Shown here piece by piece: positions 59,166-64,000 of a stretch of 64,000 nt of DNA. The first letter of the stretch is position 1, and every line of letters begins with the position of its first letter. Under the pieces are notes generated by a model, which worked only from the letters and a program-made list of their open reading frames with translations, was not told the origin of the DNA and made no database searches. The stretch lies in contig JANJGN010000021.1 of NCBI GenBank assembly GCA_026770705.1, positions 88,474,001-88,538,000 of the forward strand, in the 5' to 3' direction. This DNA is from Isurus oxyrinchus. Its lineage: Eukaryota. Both the position numbers and the translations under genes were made by a program.

Positions 59166-60329
59166 AGCTGTCAGCAGGCAGCCTCCTTCCCAATGTCCAA
59201 TTCCTCCCTCAAGCACTGAGTGTCTTTGATGTAAGGATCCCTCCACCCCTGAGTCGACAAAGTGCCCACACAGTTGAAGTTGCCATGCACACCGTATGTA
59301 GCTGCAGGCCCACTGGCAGCTGGGTCAGTCCTAGTTGTGGTGGGTTGAGACCCTTGAGTGTTCATTAATTGGCCGCTTGAGAGCCTCAACTGGCGGCGGG
59401 ACAGGAAGGTTAACAATGGACCTTCCTGCCCAGAAATTAATTCTGCTGGAAGCAGGAAGCTGGCAGGACTCAAGTTCACCATCCTAACTAACTGATTGCC
59501 CTTCCCTCCTCCAAACTTGCCACCAGAGAGAGCAGAAGATTCGCCTGGTGAGTGAGGTGTCCAGAACAGACTGTTAACCACTCGTTCAATAATGCTTAAA
59601 AATGATAACCGACAGTCAATAAATACTCAGTTCTATAAAAAGCATCTCCCATTCACAAATTTGGGGAGTAGTAATATTGCATTGGCCCTATGACTTTTCT
59701 CTAATATCTGTAAAGAGCAGGCAAGATATGAGCTGGGTTAGGGTCTGGATAACGGGCTTCCACACCCCTACTTTGGAGGTCATTTCCCTGGGTGGCTGGG
59801 ATGGAGGCACCAGTCACAGTTTTGGTTGGGGGGGGGATGGGCAATGGTATTGCAGCAGGAGAGCAGACCATGAAGTCACTGAGTTAACACGCCACTGTCT
59901 TCAGTATGACTCAGCACAGCCGATTCTGTAAATGCTCATGTTCCTGATCCACAATGCACCTTAGAAACAAATATTTGCACTCACAGAGTCACGGTCCCTG
60001 AGAAACTGCTTACCGGTTGGTAGCAAGTCAGACAAACCCTCAAGTGGTGGTTCCCTTTCTCCACATTCTCCTGCTTCCAGAGCTCTCTTTCTCTTTCTCT
60101 TCCTGCATTGTAGACGCCAGACAACTAGCTATCACTACGTAGCTTGGCCGGCCGCACCGAGTGGGATCAGGCACCAATGGAAATCCAACCATGTGTGGCA
60201 TCACAGCTTTCTGAAGCAGCAACTGGGGAGCAGCAGAATATGTTCCACGTGCCATGTGCTAGTGGACTGGTGTGTAGTAGCACAGTGTTGCAGCTTACCG
60301 GGAACTTAGGTGGTGGGTAAGGTTTTAGA

Positions 60330-61555
60330 AACAATAATCAAGGAAAGTATTATGGTTTGAGTTAATTAAGGAGAGCCAGCACAGATTTGTAAAAGCTAGA
60401 TCACACTTGCGAATCTGACTGAGTTTTTTGATGAAGCAGCAAAGAAGATTGATGAAAGGAATGCAATAAATATTATCGATGTGGACTCTAAGAAAGTATT
60501 CGACAATGTTTCTCATAACAGTCTGTCTAACCAGGTTGAATCTCAAGGGATAGGAGGGTCATTGTCAGTTTGGATTAAATAAATGGTGTAAGGACAGTTA
60601 AGAAAAACAAGTGGTGGTAAATGGTCATTTTTCAGACTGGAGGGTATTAGGCAAGTGATGGTCCTGAAGGGTCAGTGCTGGGACCAGTGTGTTTTTTTCT
60701 GGGATATATAAACAACTTTGACATTAGAAGTAAATTTTCAGTATTTGTGGATGATATCAAACTTGGAGTTGTGGCAAATTGTGAAGATAATGCCAATTGA
60801 CTGCAGCAAGACATAGATAGGCCAGAAGAATAGGCAGATAAGTGGCTGATGGAATTTAATAGAGAGATTTGAGATGATGCATTTTAGCGCATTTCTAAAG
60901 AGGGTGCAGGGAGAGAGGGACCTTGGAGGGTTCATGTGCATATATCTTTGAAGGTGCTAAGAAATATTGAGAGAGTAGTCAGCAAAGCATATGCAACCTG
61001 CGGCTTCATAAATAGAGGTATTGAGCACAAAAACAGGGAAGTTATGTTGATTGTTTATAAACCTCTGGTTAGGCCTTAAGTAAAGCATTGCATCCAGTTC
61101 TGGTCACCACATTTAGGAAGGATGTGAGGGTCCTTGCTAGAGACAGAGGATATTTAGCTATGGATGGGGATTTTAGCTACACGGTTAGATTGGAGAAGCT
61201 GGGGTTGTTCTTCTTGGAGACTGAGGGAAAATTTGATGGAGGTGTTCAAGACTATGATAGATTTTGATAAGGTCAGGGACACTGATTTAAGGTTTTGGGC
61301 AAGAGATGCAGTGGGAATTTGAGAAAAAACATTTTTTATGCAAAGAGTAGTTTACCCTGGAATTCATTGACGATGAGGGTGCTGGAAGCAAAGATGATCA
61401 ATTATTTCAAAAGCAAATTGAATGGGCGCTTGAGGAAAATAAACTTGCAGGACTACAGCATTGAGGGAGAATTGGATTGGTTGGATTGCACGACAGGGAG
61501 CCAGCATATATTCTATAGGCCGAATGGCCCACTTCTCTGCCATAATGACTCTATG
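60330..61555 (+). mobile_element. Old decayed CR1 RT/3' fragment
   Basis: ESQHRFVK..GSVLGP..PWNSL remnants and a CR1 tail. Confidence 0.8.
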
Positions 61556-63199
61556 TACATAAGTATTTGAAATTGACAGAATAAACTGATGGGGGAATAC
61601 TGGTAATGTTACTGTATGTGTGATCCAGAGGCTTGGACTAATACTCTGGGGCATGGTTGACACTTCTGGGTTAGCTTCAATGTGGTCAAATCCTTTCAGT
61701 ATTTTGCCTTCCATCGCATGTCAGGATGTTAGATAGGACTGGATCCATTGTGCAGGTGTTAATTCAGTGTCCCACATTGAGGACGCTTTCCAATCATTTT
61801 CTGTGGCTCCTCTCTGCTCACACAGATCCTAAGATGATCAGAAATAGGAGCAGGACTAGGCCATTTGGCCCATTGGGTCTGCCTTGCCATTCAATAAGAT
61901 CATGGCTGACCTGATCATGGCCTTAGTTCCAATTCCCTCTCTGCCCCCATAAGCCTTAACTGCCTTGTCAGTCATAAATCTGTCTGATCATAAAGGAACA
62001 GTATCTGTTGAAAAGTACACAAGAGCAAGGCTGGCAGTGCAAAGATGCTGTAAATGTGATTAAATATGTTATATTTAAGTTCCTTGATCCTTCATTGATG
62101 CTCTGTCACTCTCACAGTGTCTGGGCTGTTTCTTGGGTCTCCAGTTATCCTCTCTGTTCAGCATTGTTGAACTAATTTCTGCACCCTGAGTCAGAAAAAA
62201 AAGTTATAAAGAAAGAGAGATGGAGAGAGAGGAAGAAAATCAGGGGATGTGAGAGAGAATCAGAGAGGTGGTATGGAGAAAAAGGCAAAGTGAGACAGAG
62301 GGAGGGAGTGACTGAGAGGGAGCGAGTCCGAGTGAGAAGGTAAGTTAGAGAGTCGGGGAAAAGAGCTTGAGAGGGGGCTGAAGAAGAGTCAGAGAAAGTC
62401 AGCAAGACAAAATACCAGAGCTCCACAGCATCCTGAAAAAATGAAGGAAGAAATGTCTGAGGTTTTGGAAATTATGGTATTAATTTTAACCTAAGCTACA
62501 CAGCTTGATAGGGCAGAAAGCCACTTGTTTTACACTTTGCTCGAATTCACTTTTCATTGTCTTTAAGCAAAGTAAAATCAGGCAGATATAAAATGGGTAA
62601 CTGATCCTTTAAGTTTCTCAGAGGTCATGCGTTAGGTAAGAATGTTTCAGGGCACTATTGATTGACGTTATGTGGCTGAGCACTGGAGAGTGAACTAAAA
62701 TGGGACCTGTATTAAAATGTGGGAAAGAGCCAGTTAGATTAACATTCAGTGATAAGGAACATTTTAGAGCCTTTAATTAAACATGAAATGACAACATGTC
62801 TAAATTAAGAGATAATAGGCGGAAGTAGGAAACAGAGGTTTTAAACGGTATAACTGTGCTTGGAAAATCTCACAGAATTATTTGAGATGATACAGAGACG
62901 ATTACTGAGGAAATGATAGAGTGAACATGGAATTTAGGAAAACCTTTGCCAATTTGGGATGGGCAATAAATGCTAACCTAGACAACAGGGCCCTGATCCT
63001 GTGAATGAATAATAAAAAAAGAAAGCCTGCATATATATATTTATGTCTATTTAACAATTTTCACATCAGGACATCTTAAATGACTCATGTCCTTTGTCTG
63101 CCCTTGTCTTTCGAGATGGTAGAAAGCATGGGTTTGATAGGTGCTGCTGAAGGAGCCTTGGTGAATTGCTGCAGTGTGTTTTGAATATAGGACAAGGCT

Positions 63200-63540
63200 G
63201 TGCACTGGCACCAAAATTTATTCAATTTGTACACAAAACAAATATTTAGAGAATTAGATGCACTTCCAAGGGTAAAAATTCAAGGCAAGAACATAATGAA
63301 CATATGGTACGCTGATGATGTAGTGTTATTTGCAGAATCGGAAGAGGTCCCACAAAATATTGTAAACCAAGTTAAATCTCAAAGCTTAGAGTAAGGATTG
63401 AGTACAGACACCAAAACCCAACCATGGTAGAAGAAATACATTAGAAGAAACTAGAGAAAAAATTGAAGTGGATATTGGAACAAGTAGATAACTTTGTCTA
63501 TTTAGGACAAATGCTAACAGAAGATGGCAGATGTTTTATG
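63200..63540 (+). mobile_element. RTE-like RT fragment
   Basis: LFNLYTKQIF..NIWYADDVVLFAESEE..LEQVDNFVYLG. Confidence 0.75.
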
Positions 63541-64000
63541 ATACATCATTTTATGATCCTTCAAGCTTACCATGCCTCCTCACAGCTGTGATTGTCTCTT
63601 AAACCAATATCACCAACACTCCCCTCTTATTCCTCCTTTCAATTCTATCTGGCAATCCTGCAACCAGGAATCCTGAGCTGCAATTTTTGCTCTTTAAGTC
63701 ATACTTAATTCATAGTCATGGCATTCTTCGCCCTGTATTTTAATGGAATAACGAGGATAAATCAAGGAGAGGTTGCTGTTTGAGTTTATCATTGATGGAA
63801 GCTAAAACACCCCCATTCCATAATCTAACTTCCCTTCTAACACCTGCACCTCAAGATAATTCCAGTTCAATTACTCTCTGTGTGTAGAAACATTTTCCTG
63901 AAACCAGATCTGAACTCACCTTATACCAATTTGTAACCATGCCTTTTTGTCCTGCAGTTAAAGTTAACGAGTCAATTACTAGGTTAAAGTGCTGGACAAA

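Noticed and set aside
58533-59246. Pro-rich and Gly-rich ORFs of up to 237 aa
   Set aside because: Artefacts of the low-complexity G/C tract; the same applies to the ORFs at 20370-20941.

Overview
Repeat-rich vertebrate genomic DNA. The repeat complement (CR1 and RTE LINEs, Deu-domain SINEs, Penelope-like elements, Harbinger MITEs) suggests a shark or other cartilaginous fish; this is an inference. The main feature is a 10-exon + strand gene (CDS 14775..43217, 1293 nt, 430 aa) that I assembled by hand from phase-consistent GT-AG exons; the ORF track shows only parts of it. It encodes a signal peptide, a disulfide-less CD2/CEACAM-type IgV, an IgC2, five hydrophobic segments (one per phase-1 exon) and a short tail ending EEQL. 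This is CD47-like membrane topology on a CD2/SLAM-like two-Ig ectodomain. A 37-bp FOX/E-box minisatellite lies upstream of it. Intron 5 holds a Neptune-type Penelope retroelement with a stop-free RT-GIY-YIG frame, inverted arms, an 11-bp TSD and hammerhead-like motifs. The window also has a decayed two-gene Harbinger transposon with related MITEs, an H2A pseudogene, a tRNA-headed LINE with no visible ORF1 and a matching SINE, many LINE/SINE fragments, a candidate second promoter near 52.6 kb, and a 185-N assembly gap. No database searches were run.
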